Assembly (NCBI GenBank): GCA_040954595.2
Contig: CM082593.2
Location: 1,064,901 to 1,128,900 of the forward strand
Source: Balanoglossus misakiensis
Lineage: Eukaryota; Animalia; Hemichordata
Direction of reading: 5' to 3'
DNA length: 64,000 nt
This document shows positions 1-14,000 of this stretch, in pieces. Numbering within the stretch: position 1 is the first letter of the stretch; each line of letters begins with the position of its first letter. The notes beneath the pieces were generated by a model. The model searched no databases. It saw only the letters and a list, made by a program, of their open reading frames with translations, and was not told the origin of the DNA. Position numbers and translations under genes: made by a program.

Positions 1-1105
1 ACATGAACTACTGACCTGTGTTGCAGATGAGAATTTTTGATCATTTTCTGATATATCTATATATATGGTGGGGTCACTATTAATTAAGTGTATATGTTTT
101 TTTTTTTGCATTCTGGTTCCTCTCACCAGATATTGAATGAATGAATAAAGCATAACTGTTTACTTCCTCTGTTTAAACAGTTTGATGCATCAACTTTTTG
201 AATATTTGAAACATACATGTACACTGTGCAAGGTACAAGATGTAAGATATTATTAATCCTACATGGTGTGCATGCACAGGGTGGGGCCTTTTGACCAACT
301 TAATGTTTGAAGATTTGTTTATGAATCCTGTAAAATACAAGTCAATTTACTGCACAACTCTGTAACCTTTGACCACAATTCTCTTCACACACATGGGGCC
401 AACCGTACCATTGAGTAATGGGGATTGAAGCTTTTACAGGTTATGGTAGAACTGTTGCACCAAAAGGCGATATATATGTATACACAAATTGCTTAAAAAA
501 CTCAACTTGTGTGGAATGTATTATTCAGGAAAAGTTAAAGGAGGATATTATAGTATGTGGTCTGATATGGCAGGTATTAGTCAGTGCTTTAAAATAAGTT
601 TAGTTTTTCAATTGTTGGTTTTGTATGCAGTACACCATTCTCTTTAGCATAACTTGCAAATTACATATATGTAAGAATATTTAGGAATTTCATGCAAAAA
701 TATTTAGACATTTAATTGTATTTTTGTCATAAAATAATGGATCCCCTTCATGGTAATCCCACATGACTTGTCCAGTGCATTGTGGGATAGGGACTCCCCA
801 GAACTGAATTCCGAAAATAGAAACAAGTGTGATTACATCATTGTGAACTGGACCTTGAATATAAACACTTCTGACTGATTGATCTGAAAAGGTCATCATC
901 AGCTTCTTCCAAGGTTTGTTCACTTTGCTGTATGATTATCAAAGATTTGTAGTGTTTATTTGTATTGTTGATTGCAGACTGACTTTGAACGCATCAGTAC
1001 TTGGCTTGGGGCCAAATCGTGACCTGGAATAGATTGAAAGGTGTGAACTTTATACCCAGTGTGGTTTATTTCCTGTTCCTGTTGTTAAACTTGTAATCTG
1101 TGGGT

Positions 1106-4100
1106 ATGTCCGAGGAACAGACAGACTCCATAGAGATCCCGGTGGATATGATGAATGAAATGATCGCCAACGGTGACCTGGTCGCCGCGACTACCGACAT
1201 CAGTATGCTGGAGACGATGACACAATCAAACGATCGTGAGGACATGCCGTATCTGCAAATTATCACACAACCTAAATCGGTAAGTGTTGTCTGTCACTGT
1301 CAGTAGAGGAACTTGTAAAACAACAAGTTCTGTGTTTCTGTTGATTCTCTCTGGAGATGCCAGTGGAAACTGGAACTCACATCACAAATGCTGTTGTTCA
1401 ATACTCTAAATCTTTGTCAGGACATATGTTTATTTGTGTCATGATACAATTAAACTAATTTATTAGAAATCAAGGACACCTTTTATTAAGTGCGCACAGA
1501 TCTCATAGTGACCTAAATACGTTTAGTGTTGGGGGAATAATGGACGATTGGCCAGAGTACCGGCTGCAGAGGTCATGAACCAGGAAACACCTTGGTTGCA
1601 GCGTTTTCATATGGATGCTTGATTTTGTGTTGTTGTGGCATACCGTTACTGTCAATATTCATGTAAAAAATAGAATTTTGAGGAACCATCAACAGAAATT
1701 TACTGTCTTGGACTTTTCTGATTTGTTAAACTATACAACTTGTAATACTTGTTCTGATGTTTCTTATCTTTCAGAGAGGATTCCGATTTCGTTATGGCTG
1801 TGAGGGTGGTTCCCATGGAGGGTTGCCAGGCGCTGACAGTGAACGAGGGAGAAGAACCTATCCATCAGTTGAGGTTGGTTGTTTAACTCTTTCAATGCCA
1901 TGGTTCAGTCCAAACCTTTTGTTTTCTATGGTGAAGTTGGACCTCTATAGAAGGAACTGGGGGTGAAAGGGTTCAGGACTGCATTGAGTTGAGACCCACT
2001 AAATTAGTTTTATTTGTACCGGTATAATATATATTTATTGTCTACCTTGTATTCTCCATAATTCAAAATAACAGGTAACATTATGTAGAGAGAGGTCTCC
2101 AAGATAATTTTTGTTTTCAACTTTCAGATTTGTAACTACAAAGGAAACGCTCGTTTAGTTGTGAGTTTGGTCACCAATGATGACATCCCCAGACCTCATG
2201 CACACAGTCTTGTTGGCAAACAATGTAATAATGGAATGTGTACGGTGCAGGTTGGACCGAAGGACATGTCAGCTAGGTAATGAAGCTGTCTACTCTCAAA
2301 TAGACGATTTTCCACTTATGGCGAGATCTTGCGAGACTTGGATAATTACTGTGTCAATCTCTCCCGTTTTCCACAGCTTCCCAAACCTCGGAATAAGACA
2401 CGTCACAAAAAAGATGGTTCCTCAGGTCGTCAAAGACAGAATCCTGGAATCAGATCAACTCTTCCGGCAGCTCATGCCACAGGACTATCGGAATAAAGCG
2501 CCTCTGACACCGGAAGATGCGGCAAAGATAGCAAAAGAGCAAGCCACTGAAATGGACTTGACTGTTGTCAGGCTTTGTTTTCAAGCTTATATTCAGGACA
2601 GCGAAGGAGCCTATACAAGACCCCTGGATCCGGTCGTCTCTGATCCAGTCTTTGACAGCAGTATGTATCCCCTGATTCACAAATACATTGTACTGTCTAT
2701 GTGTTGATTCCAGTGGCATGGTTGATACCATTATCCAGGGAAAAGGGGGTGAAAGGTTTTATTATGTTGTTTGTGACTCAGTGTCCCCCTGAAATATATT
2801 TATCACAAATCTGCAAGACTCAGAGCAAACTTAATCTCAGATTCACATTCTGGAGTGATACATGCAGAGTTCTGTTATAGTACTGTATATGGCAACCTTT
2901 TTACAACTGGATTGATTTGCATCTCATCCCATTTGTTCTTATTCAGAGGCACCCAATGCGTCCCAGTTGAAAATCTGTCGCATGGACCGATCTGCGGGAA
3001 CATGCGTCGGCGGTGATGAGGTCTACTTACTTTGTGACAAGGTTCAGAAAGATGATATCGTTGTACGATTTTTTGAAGAAGGTTCCTGGGAAGCGTTTGG
3101 AGATTTCGGTCCCACGGATGTGCACAGACAGGTACAGTACAGACCAAGTATTCATTTCCAATTAGCTGACACTGGGCTAACTGCAGGTTAGATCATGTTA
3201 AGTGTTACCAGTAGATAACAAGTGGAAACATTCTCTATTTGTTTCAGTATGCCATTGTTTTCAAGACACCAAAGTATCGAAATATAGCAATCGACAAACC
3301 AGTGTGTGTTTTCGTTCAATTGAAAAGACGTTCAGATGGTGAAGTCAGTGAACCAAAGCCATTTACATACCATCCACAACAATTTGGTAAGTTGGAAAAT
3401 ATGTCACATTAACCCTTTCACCACCATGGTTCAGTCCAAATCCATTGTTTTCTACGATAAGGTTGGATCTCTAAAGAGGGAAGTGGGGGTGAAAAGGGTT
3501 AAAAATAATGTGCTTTGATTGTTGTAAATCTCATCCTGTTCATAGTTTTGTCTAGTCTGAGCCTTTGAAAGATTTAAAAGTTGTCATGCTCGTAGTCTAA
3601 ATATTCTAAGTCTTACTGCATACATGAAAACAAACACTTACAACTTGGATGTTTTCCAATTCCAGACAAGGAAGAGGTTGGTCGCAAGAGGAAGAAGACT
3701 GTTCCGTTCTTTTCCGATCACTTTCCCGGTGGAAACACTGGTGGTTCAGCCTACGGAGGAGGAGGTGGAGGATTTACTGGATATGGAGGAGGCAATGCAG
3801 GGGGTGGTGGAATGTCGTCTGGTCGCTTTGGAGATGGCACTTTCCAGGGATTTGGGAACAGTGGTACAACCCAAGGTAGTTTTTTCTTTTCATTAGTTTA
3901 TTGTCATTTCAAACACTTGAGAGAGTTCAAAATTCAGCACAGATTTTTTTAGTATGAAAATGTTAATGGAAGGTCCTTTTTTCTGTAGGTTTGCAACTTG
4001 GAGGAATGATTGGACAGCCAAACATGCAGATGGGTGGCCAAATAGGTAGCCAGATTGGTAGTCAAATGGGTGGTCAAATTGGTGGTCAAATGGGTAGTCA

Positions 4101-7100
4101 AATGGGTGTTCAGATGGGTGGTCAAATAGGCAGCCAAATGAGTGACAATATGGGCGGTCTGTTCGGGGGTCAGATGAATGACCAAGTGTTCACAGGTCAA
4201 TTCCAAGGTGCGGATCAACAACCAGGAGCACTTCTGTCAAGGTCAGGTCAAGGTTATTCACCGATGTTCGGCCAGGTGAAGCCGGAGAAACGAAGCCGTG
4301 ATTATTCAGACTGTGTGGAGGAAGACATTGGTTATGATGATGATCTGGCGACTGATGCTGCTCCGTTCTCGGATGAGGATCTGCTGGCGGAAAGACTGGC
4401 ACGGACGAAACTTGGAGGGGAGTCCATGACAGCAAAGATTGTCCAACCGTACAGAGAAGTGTTTGCCCATGAAAGCTACTCAGAGACGAAAGTCAAAACC
4501 GTTCAGCAAGAGAGCATATCACAAACAGTAGAAACAGTGAAATCAACAACAGGTAAGTTGTTGTGGTTTGTTTGCTGTATACATGCAGGTTACTATATTC
4601 ACAGTCACTGATGACATGACTTTTTTTCACATGAAATAGCAGGAGCCATCAAATATATTGTTCGAATATTTGTGGAAGATTGCTTGAATGGTTTAGTTGA
4701 ATAAAACAACATCAAAGGGTTCTAGGTCAGACACCCCCTGGACATTTACCCACGACTGACGGTACCTGTGGATGGTAAATGTCCCCGGGGTACTACCCTC
4801 CATGAAAGGTGGTCTTTTTCAAGGTGATAATCTCCATTGTTGTTTCTGCACTCCAGAGAGTGAAGTACAGACAGAACCACTGCCACCACCATCAGTACAA
4901 TTGAATAAATCGGTCCTGGAATTAGCAGAGAGGACATCAGCCGCGCTGCAGGACTACGCCATATCGGGTGATGTCAAGATCTTGTTGGCTGTTCAGAGAC
5001 ATCTCACGGCTGTGCAGGATGAGAACGGAGACACGTGAGTGAAGTCACTTCAGTTATATCCTCCCCTCCACCCACACCCATGTGCAGATATTTGGTGTTG
5101 CAATATTGTTTTAAACAGAGAGGATTGACCTATATACATAGCATGGTTTCATATCTGCTGTGAAAATATGTTCATTGACGTACGTCATGTGTGATGACAC
5201 GGTTTTTGTTTCGTTTTCAGAGCTCTTCATCTAGCGATCATTCACGGCAGAATACAAGTTATTCACAGCCTCCTTAGTGTGATTATCAGCATACCCAAAC
5301 AGAACATTACGAATCAGTACAACAACCTAAGACAGGTAAAAATCACAAGTATTATTACATACATCACTATATGGTATTCAAGCAAAGAATCTTTGCTATG
5401 TAAAAGCATACTGCTATGCTCACAATTACAATTTGCTACTTATATGGTTAACCTCAGTGTTGTAAAAATCATAGAAGTGTCACTTTGGGCATGCAAACTT
5501 TGAATAACGGTTTCTTTTCTGTTTTTATAGACCCCTTTGCATCTAGCTGTGATCACAGGCCAGCCACAAGCTGTCGAACTGTTACTCAGATGTGGAGCAG
5601 ATACAGCTCTGTTGGATCGCAACGGAAAAACCGCTGCCCATCTTGCCGCACAGCTAGGCAGTGTTGATTGCCTCAATATGTTGCTACGGCAACCCAGGGA
5701 GCTGAAAAATGGCAAGAGATTCCCGGAATTGGAGATCATGAACTATGAAGGTTTGTTTTGTTTGATGTCATGGCAATGAGTTAAAATGATCAACTTTATT
5801 TCATGTGTGTTTTGTTTTGCTTGTTTGATGTCAGGGTTTTTATCGGTAACTAGGTATCGAGGTTGTCTTGGCATTCTGAATGTGAATTTGTAGCTGTATT
5901 GAAATGTCTGAATTATTGCAGGTTTCACGGCCCTCCATTGTGCTGTCAAGGCCAGCAGTCTGAATTGTGTCAGAGCATTGGTCAATGTTGGTGCCAGTGT
6001 TGATGAACAGGTAAGCTTTGAGTTTGTAGAAAATTACATTGTTTCCGAACAGACTGAGGTTTGACTTGGATTGATAAGTTCTGATGTCTTAAGTTTTACA
6101 TGTAACTCTTTGAACCGCTTGGAAGAAAACTTCTAAATGATATCGTAAGTTGATCACCAGGGGGTGATGGTAGCCATTGGTTTAAAAGATTTGTAATTTT
6201 GTGTGTGCGTGTGAAATATTTTTTTAGGATGGCAAGAGTGGTCACACAGCACTACACCACGCTGTAGAGACAGAGAATCTAGCGATCATTGGATACTTAA
6301 TCCTGGAAGCTCAGGCAGACATCCACGCACCGAACTTTGCTGGTGACACACCGCTTCACATTGCCAGCGGACGGAACCTGCTCAGTGTGGCTGCCCTGTT
6401 AGTAGCGGCTGGTGCAGATGCCACGGTCGAGAATTACGAACCTGTTGATGAGGATGAGGAAGAGGTGGAGGAGGAGAAGGACAGAGATACGTCAGAGGAG
6501 AGTCAAGTTGTGGGTCAGACCCCTCTTGATTTGGCTGTTGATTCACAGGTGAGAATGACCGATACATTTCTGCACTGAAGCACACTGTGAATTAAAGAGC
6601 CAGTCAGCAATCCAACCATGGCATTTGTCTGTTGAATCTGTCCAATGTTAAATTTATCAAGACAGTCTGTGTATCATATCAGCAATGATACTACTGTAGT
6701 TATCAATCCAATTGGGTATATTTATCTACAAATATCTGTATATGCTTTAGAAAGCTGCACAGTGTTTATCTTCACCATCCTGATCTAATTCTCTTTGATT
6801 TCCAGATGATCAGTATTTTGAAAGGGGAGCCCTACTGCCCATCATCCCGATCGCAGCCTATGCCGGTCACTGCAGGACAGGTTCCGCAAACCAGGGAGAA
6901 ATCTTTCAGTTCCCATTTGTCCAGTGATCCAGGATATCATTCGGTGTCTCATTCTACCGATACCACATCATCTTCAGGACACAGTGTCTACGGGTCTGGT
7001 AAGTGGACCACCCCTGTTACAGTGGGAAGTGGACTAGCCCTCAATGAAAAAGAATGCAACCAAGCCACTGTATTTACAGAATAGTGGGGGGTGGGGGTTG

Positions 7101-8075
7101 GATTAGTCTTTGAGGGAAAAACACGAATGTTGTTGAGCAAGTGGCTTTTGACTTTGTAAGCTGTGGCACAAAATGTGTGTGATAAAATGTATAGATGAGG
7201 TGCAGCCTCACAAACTATTTTGCCATATTTGACCCTATGTTCACCATTTTCTCCAGGTAACATTAGTAAACTGGACGCCGGTGTGAAGCAGAAGTTTGCC
7301 AAGTTGTTGGATGCAGAGCGGCCGTACAGTGACTGGATAACCTTGGCTGATAAACTTGGACTTGGAAGTATGATCAATGTGTTTAAACTGACTGAAAGTC
7401 CGACAAAGACAGTCTTGGACAGTTTTGATGTAAGTCAGCAGTGGTTGTGTCAAGTTTGGTGCATCACTAAATTTTCATGCTTTCTCTGACTGATGAGTAC
7501 AAACAGCCATGAGTATGACATCCTCACAAGAAAAAATGTGCTGTGGGATTACAAAGTAGATCTTGCATTTGCCTCCTTTATACTAAACCACAGTTTTATA
7601 ATACTTTCATAGAGAATAGAAAATGTGAGTAAAATTGTTCTCTTTGTCTGAAATTGATGTAGGCCATTGGTGGAACCGTTGAAGAACTACAGAAGAAACT
7701 ACAAGCCATGAAGAGATACGACGTCTTGAAGGTGTTGGAAGATGCAGGGTTCTCCGTTCCTGTACCGGTCATTCTGGAAGAACCAAGTAGGACTCTCAGT
7801 TTATAGAAACTTCAAAACTTTAAGCAGTAAATATAAAAAGTTAATGTTGATTTTTAATTCATAATTTGACATATAAAATTTCTATTGCTTTCATAGGTGC
7901 TGAAGGATCAGTTTCTAAAGGCGCAGTGTCTGACAACTTTGAGAGTGGGCTGGGCTCTATCCAGCAATCCATGATCTCCTCCAATCAGAGTCAAGTATCC
8001 GGTATGACAAGGTTGCCTAGTGACCGCCAATCAGAGCAACTGACAGCTGCCAATCAAATCGCTGATGTTCATTGA
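1106..8075 (+). CDS. NFKB1: NF-kappa-B p105/p100-type precursor (RHD-IPT-NLS-Gly-rich-ankyrin-death domain)
   Basis: Exons 1106-1279, 1775-1873, 2128-2276, 2377-2660, 2947-3131, 3248-3386, 3666-3875, 3989-4552, 4857-5034, 5221-5335, 5531-5750, 5922-6010, 6228-6548, 6806-6998, 7257-7429, 7663-7786, 7897-8075, all GT-AG. Motifs: [19 protein letters not shown] (class I recognition loop), [20 protein letters not shown], Gly-rich region, ankyrin repeats ([22 protein letters not shown]), death domain ([11 protein letters not shown]). NFKB1 versus NFKB2 cannot be resolved; probably a pro-ortholog. Confidence 0.95.
1883..1975. mobile_element. ~95-bp MITE, same family
   Basis: TTAACTCTTTCA..CCATGGTTCAGTCCAAA..GTTTTCTATGGTGAAGTTGG..GGGGGTGAAAGGGTT aligns with 3409-3502. 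Confidence 0.78.
3409..3502. mobile_element. ~95-bp MITE with TTAA flanks and CCCTTT ends (piggyBac-like), best-preserved copy
   Basis: TTAA-CCCTTTCACC ... GGTGAAAAGGG-TTAA with core CCATGGTTCAGTCCAAA..TTGTTTTCTA shared with other copies. Confidence 0.8.
4027..4158 (+). repeat. Coding 12-nt tandem repeat (Q-[M/I]-G-[G/S/V]) in NF-kB
   Basis: CARATNGGYRKY x9, then two degenerate units. Confidence 0.9.
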
Positions 8076-11027
8076 TCTTGCTGCCATGTTGTTGGCCTCA
8101 CACATCCCAAACTTTTATAAGCCACGAAGATAGCGAAGAGAAAAATGTAAATTAATATGAAGATGATTTGTTGTCAAGAATTGTTGATAATATATGGCAA
8201 GCTGTAAAGTCAATTATCGATATGTTAGAAAATGATCAATATTTATATGGCTCGTAAAATAACTTGACTTTTTTTCGTTGTTGATATAAAGGTGTACGAA
8301 TGTTTCAATTTCTTCTGTCCTGTTTGTTGTCTATCAATTTGATTGATATATTTGTTGTTGTATTCATACCTCTTTGACGAATTCCATTGTCAGACACAGT
8401 CAATGTATACCGTAAGCCTCATGGATGCATTTAAACTGAGGTGTTTATTCCAGGAAAGGAGTATTGTAACTGCCTCTGTAGAAAGTGATTGTTTCATCTG
8501 CGATCAGGTACTTCTGCATTCTCGTAGTGTATTCAGAATAGCAACATAACCAAGTTAACTTCACTTCCTAGAAGGTAGGGTTTCTTAAATCTAATTTTAA
8601 ATTACACATGTTGGAAGAAACAGCTTGATTGACTAGATCTCAATAATTATGCTGAATTAGCACATGAAAAACTACTGAAGATTACTGTAGGTGATGTGTT
8701 GTACGCTGACGCTTGGGTCAATTAGGGAGCCTTGTTGTCCTCTTGACAGAAATGAAAGCAGTGTTTTTGTTCACTGTATAGTACATGTTCCTTCCTTGCC
8801 ACCGAGCTGACACAACATTGTTTTTATTTTGTTTTGCTGCAGTAGAAATCCTGTAGATCAGATGTATATTCCGACAGATTAGATCTCGACTTCCTAGCCA
8901 TGTTTTCAGTGAGTGCAAGTTTGTTGAGGTATTGTAGAACTATACAAAATTTAGTTTTTCCTGTCATTGAAAAGACAGTGCAACATATATATTGAAGATA
9001 GTTTTTCTTTCAGAAAGGTTTAGATTTTTGCAGGGCTAATGTGAAATATTTTCCACATAAACCTAAGATTGTTCATTATTTCACATATACCCAGAAATTT
9101 ACTATATGAAAATTTGGTAAAAGATGACTTTTATATGAGCTCTAAAATGGAGTGAATCACTGAATTGCTGAAAAACCTGTGTCTGCTATTGTCATTTTCA
9201 TGAAATTTTAGCACATGGCTTTCAAACAGTTTTGTACTTTCTGAGCTGAAAATACAAAATGTTCACGCTAATTAACCAGATTATCAGAACTCAGAACAAG
9301 AGTGATGTCAAATTTGAAATGACCTCATCTGATTAGGTTGCCTTTTAGGGAAAACAGACCGATATATAGCTTGAAATTTGTAGTTATCTCTAGCATTTGC
9401 AAGCAAATGTATATGTTGTTGAACTTAAACTTTTCATAAATAAATATTGTGAAGTATTCAAACAATCCTTGGTGCTATCCTTTTATAACCAATTTTTATT
9501 TATTCACAATCTCAGTGCTCAAGTACAATTATCCATTTTAATTATTTGAACATAAATATTGATTAATTCTGAAAAACATGACAATTATATATACATACAT
9601 AGCCATCAAATAGAAACATATGTACATATACATTATACACTGACCATCACAAAACTGAAAATGCAGAACATAATATTCACCGCCCGTTGAAAAGTTAAAA
9701 TAAAGGCTGTCATTTTCAGATGATTGTTAATATTTTTTAAATGTTAATGAGTTTGTATTTGAATTCCCCAGCGTAGGACCTGGACATGGCAGACCCCAGC
9801 GCCCTCAAGAGGTGGACAAAAGTCAAGAAAGTGATCTGATCACAGAGGAAAATTCTCATTCTGAATCAAGAGTATAAACCTTCAACTGGGTTAAAGAAAA
9901 AAAGGTTGAAATGTAAGAGATAGGTGGGTGTTTTCACTTTTTCTGGTTCTTGCCTTCATTTACTGATCTAAGAATTGAACAAGTTCAGCACTTAATTGGC
10001 ACTGTTGAAAACTGACCCATATATTTTTGAACATGCATGCATTAATTGCCAAAGCTAGATGCCTATTAAGAAAGGCTTGAACAAGAATTGTATCTCAAAG
10101 TAAGATCACACATTCAAATAAAACACCACATATGATGGACTGATATCTCTCAAAGATAGTTCCTTTGAAAGGACTTATACGAACCAATAATGCACTGTAA
10201 AAATCTGCTTTGCAAATCTTCCAAAAGAGGTCTCAGAATTTAGTGTGGGTAAATATTAAAACACCAAAATAGACACACACTGCAATGACATCTAACTGTT
10301 ACAAAAACCTGGATTGTACATCACATGACTAAAACGCCCTGACTGTAATTCTGAGGTATGGTATATTATCACACATGTGAATAATTAAATGAAATTTATC
10401 AAGTAACAGATAAAGATTTTCCATGCAAATAAGTAAACACACATTTACCACAACAGGGTGTCTATAATTTCTAATTTCTTTGGAATTTTGCCTCTCAAAA
10501 TTCATGTACCACTCACACCTTGCATTGCCTGCTAACTGTGAATATTTTCATAATTAGTACTGGTTAGTAGTAAATGTATAATTACAGCAATTAAGCATTC
10601 TTTCTGACCCCTGAGGCTTGGATACATCTGAGCAACCACAAATATTAAAAGTGTTTTAAAAATACCTTGGTTATGTTAATCAGGTCGTGTAAATAGAAGC
10701 TATACTGAAGTCTAATGTAAATATCTTGTGCGATTAGAATTTGTACAGAAAAATCCCAAGATGTGGGAATACATTTGAGTTGTATTTCCCTTTCGTGCAA
10801 TTTCAAGCAATTGCCACAGTCTAGTTATATAAGAAATTCAGAATTTGCAATTTACAGCATAATGAATTTCAAATACTGGAAATCTTGGACAATTTGAATG
10901 TGGAATCCAAAATTTTGAATGGTGGCCCTATTTTTTGTATGTTTGGATCGCATATTACTCCTGAGAACTACACTGGCAGGGAAAAGGTGACTTTGGATCA
11001 CTGCATATTGTATTATCCAGATTATGT

Positions 11028-14000
11028 TTACTGTATTCGAGTAATGCGAGTGACAAAAAGCCCACTGAGAAGGAAATAGACAGCCGTGAGTCCAAAGAGA
11101 ATTATGTAGCCTAATCCAATCTCACAATTGATGTATTCAAACATGTCCAGGATGACGCCACCAGTTGGTGTGGCTAGAAGTTGTGGTAAAACAAATGCCT
11201 GTGAAGAGAAGAAAAAAATGAGAATACTAGTGAATTTTAACCACCAATCATTGTACCGGTACATGTATTTTTTAATGCCATTGTACTTAATTTTGTTCAA
11301 AATCAACAAAATATCTATATTCAAGGCATTATACTTACAAAAGACCAAATGGCGATATCCTTTGCCCGGTCTTTGTCAGTTGGCAGGACATCTAAGACCA
11401 TGGCAAAATCTACAGCTAAAAATGAACCATAGCCAACACCTAGAACAAGAATAATAAACAGCAAATCCTGAGTATCTACCGTCTGTCTGTACTGTCTGTT
11501 TCAGTTATTTTCATTATCTGTGGCTATCAGTGGCCAATAATCCATTTGTACCTGTCTGTACAGACATGTGTCTATAAATCTATAAAGCAACTAAGACTTA
11601 CCAAACACCACCGACATTGCCAGCACCACATAGAAGGCATACTGTCCCCTCATCACAGAAAAGACCACAGCAACAGCTGACATAATGAATGCTGCATAAA
11701 CAAACCAAAATCAAGCACAATGTTAACTAGATGTATGATTAACATTTCACTCTATTTTAAAGTACAATAATGTAATTACTTTCAAAAGTTTTCAAATTAG
11801 TTGTGAAATGGCCGAGACGTTACAGCTGCTCTTCCCAAAGAAAACTTCATAATTTCACCTGTGAGCATTGTTTTCTCACAACTGGTGGGTTAATCTTTTT
11901 TTTTAAAAATAATACAGGACTGTGACATCACTGAAAAGTATAGACAAATGATGCACACACACCTGAGCTCAACACAATTGGCTTTCTCCTGTTCCATTTA
12001 TCCGAAATGCAACCAGCCACAATAGAGCAAGCAGCAGCCGTGAACAAAAGTACAATCAAGACGATACCTATGGCTGCATGTGGGTTAAGACAATTTGGCA
12101 ATTCAATCATATCACTTATCCAATACTCCAGAAACCTGCAAAAATATACAAGAAAATGTCAGTGTCTGATTTAAACCTCATTTTGGGCAGTTTACAGTTT
12201 CTTTTCAATATTTCTAAAGTTTTGCATTTGAAATCTTACCAAAAAAGTTCACTCACCCTGTTACCGTGGTGACACCCATTTGCATTAAGAAGCGAGTAAA
12301 AAACACATATCTGAAATCGTTCTCCATGAACGGTTCAATGTATTCATACAAAGCTACCCTCCATTCTGCAAAGAGAAAAAGTAAAACGTATTCACTTTTT
12401 TGGGTAGAATTGCTTTTTGCAGAAGTATGCCATGCATGCTGTTCTCTGTGTTAGAACAGCAACAGTTATGATATCAGATACAGATCAAAGTGATGGTCCA
12501 AGAAAGACATGACTGTTTAATAATTGGCAAAGGGAACTTACGAATTGGATCATGTAGTGTTTTCGTTGGTTCCTCCCCATTTGTAAATATTGTAATTAGT
12601 ACAGATATGACCAGTAATGCTGCTACAATGGAATAGGTGCCTAAGACTCCTAGGTTCTGGTTAAGAGAATGACAAGACAACATAAATCAAATGTTTTGAA
12701 AACACTAACTGTTGAGCAGTCGAGGTTGTAAGTAGTGCATAGTCACTGTCTTAAAGGTAGTTACCTACAAGATATTCACAATGGCAATATATAAGGACTT
12801 CAGATTTTAAGGGTTCGGTCTGTTACTGAATGAGCCTATCAAAACCTTCACAGAAAACACTTCGGACTTACCACAAAGAATATGCCAATTAAAGCGCCTG
12901 ATATATTACCCAACAGAATCATGGCACCCATGATACCAGATGTAGAGCCTGTCAATTTCCATAAAATAACAGAAATTAGTTGGTTATAATTAGGAGTTTG
13001 GAGAAAGACATTCAAAGTTGTACAGCTCGAAGACAAAACACATCAGAGAGCTACACAATTCCATAAGATAAAGTACAAAATGATTCCATATTAGATTTAT
13101 GGATTGAGTTTGTAAAAATAACAGGTCTTACCTCTTTGTTGTGGTGCTGACTTGTCAGCAATGAGTCCATTGTACGGTACATGCAGTGCAACCAAACTCA
13201 TCATAGCCATCAAATAGAAACATATGTACAAAGCTGAAATATGTCAACCATACATGTTACAATATTATTATCAAATTGAATTTTGATGCAATATATAGCA
13301 AATTAAATTACCAGTAAGTCCTAAAATGCTGAATTTTGGTTAGTGGTATATAGGTATAGCAATTTTGTTGCTAATTTTTGCCGCAGTACTTGATCATTGA
13401 CATAATTGGAAAATCGCTCCATCAAATCTGACCACTACAATAGATAATCAATGAGTCGTCATACCCAAGTTGCCTGATGTTGTTTCTGTGTACGGTTGTA
13501 CATCAGGCTGTATTTCTGGCACACCATCCACTGGGTTGTGATCAGCAGTGGCTGATCCTGCTTCACCTATTGGTATGTGGGTGGCATTTGCATATGGACG
13601 GCATCTCTTCTCTACCAAGTCAACAGCCTCACACTGTATGGAAGATACGTCAAGTTTATTCACAGAAAATCTGTGACCAATATACTGTACCCTGCCAGTA
13701 CACATGCGGCTAAATGTGATATCCGCGCGAGTGAGTTGAGTTTTGAGGCTTGTGACAATTAATTACGTGTTGTGTTGTTTATAAACACCAGGTAGCTATT
13801 AGCATTGAAACATTTTCTTGGTTTTCAGGTGATACAGGTTGCATCGATATGTTTGAGTGAATATTAAGGTATAGGCATTTAAATACAGCCGCGCATATAG
13901 TGTTAATGACGCAACATGTAGCAAGCAGATGATGAGAATGTTATCTTACTGTGGAATTGGCAACTGGTTCACTAATGGTTGCCATGGAAGCGAGAAAAAA

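Noticed and set aside
790-799. kB-consensus GGGACTCCCC upstream of the first NF-kB coding exon (also 21985 and 28852)
   Set aside because: A few GGGRNNYYCC matches are expected by chance in 64 kb and they are not clustered.
3949-4221. Minus-strand ORF with THLT repeats
   Set aside because: Antisense shadow of the 12-nt NF-kB coding repeat.
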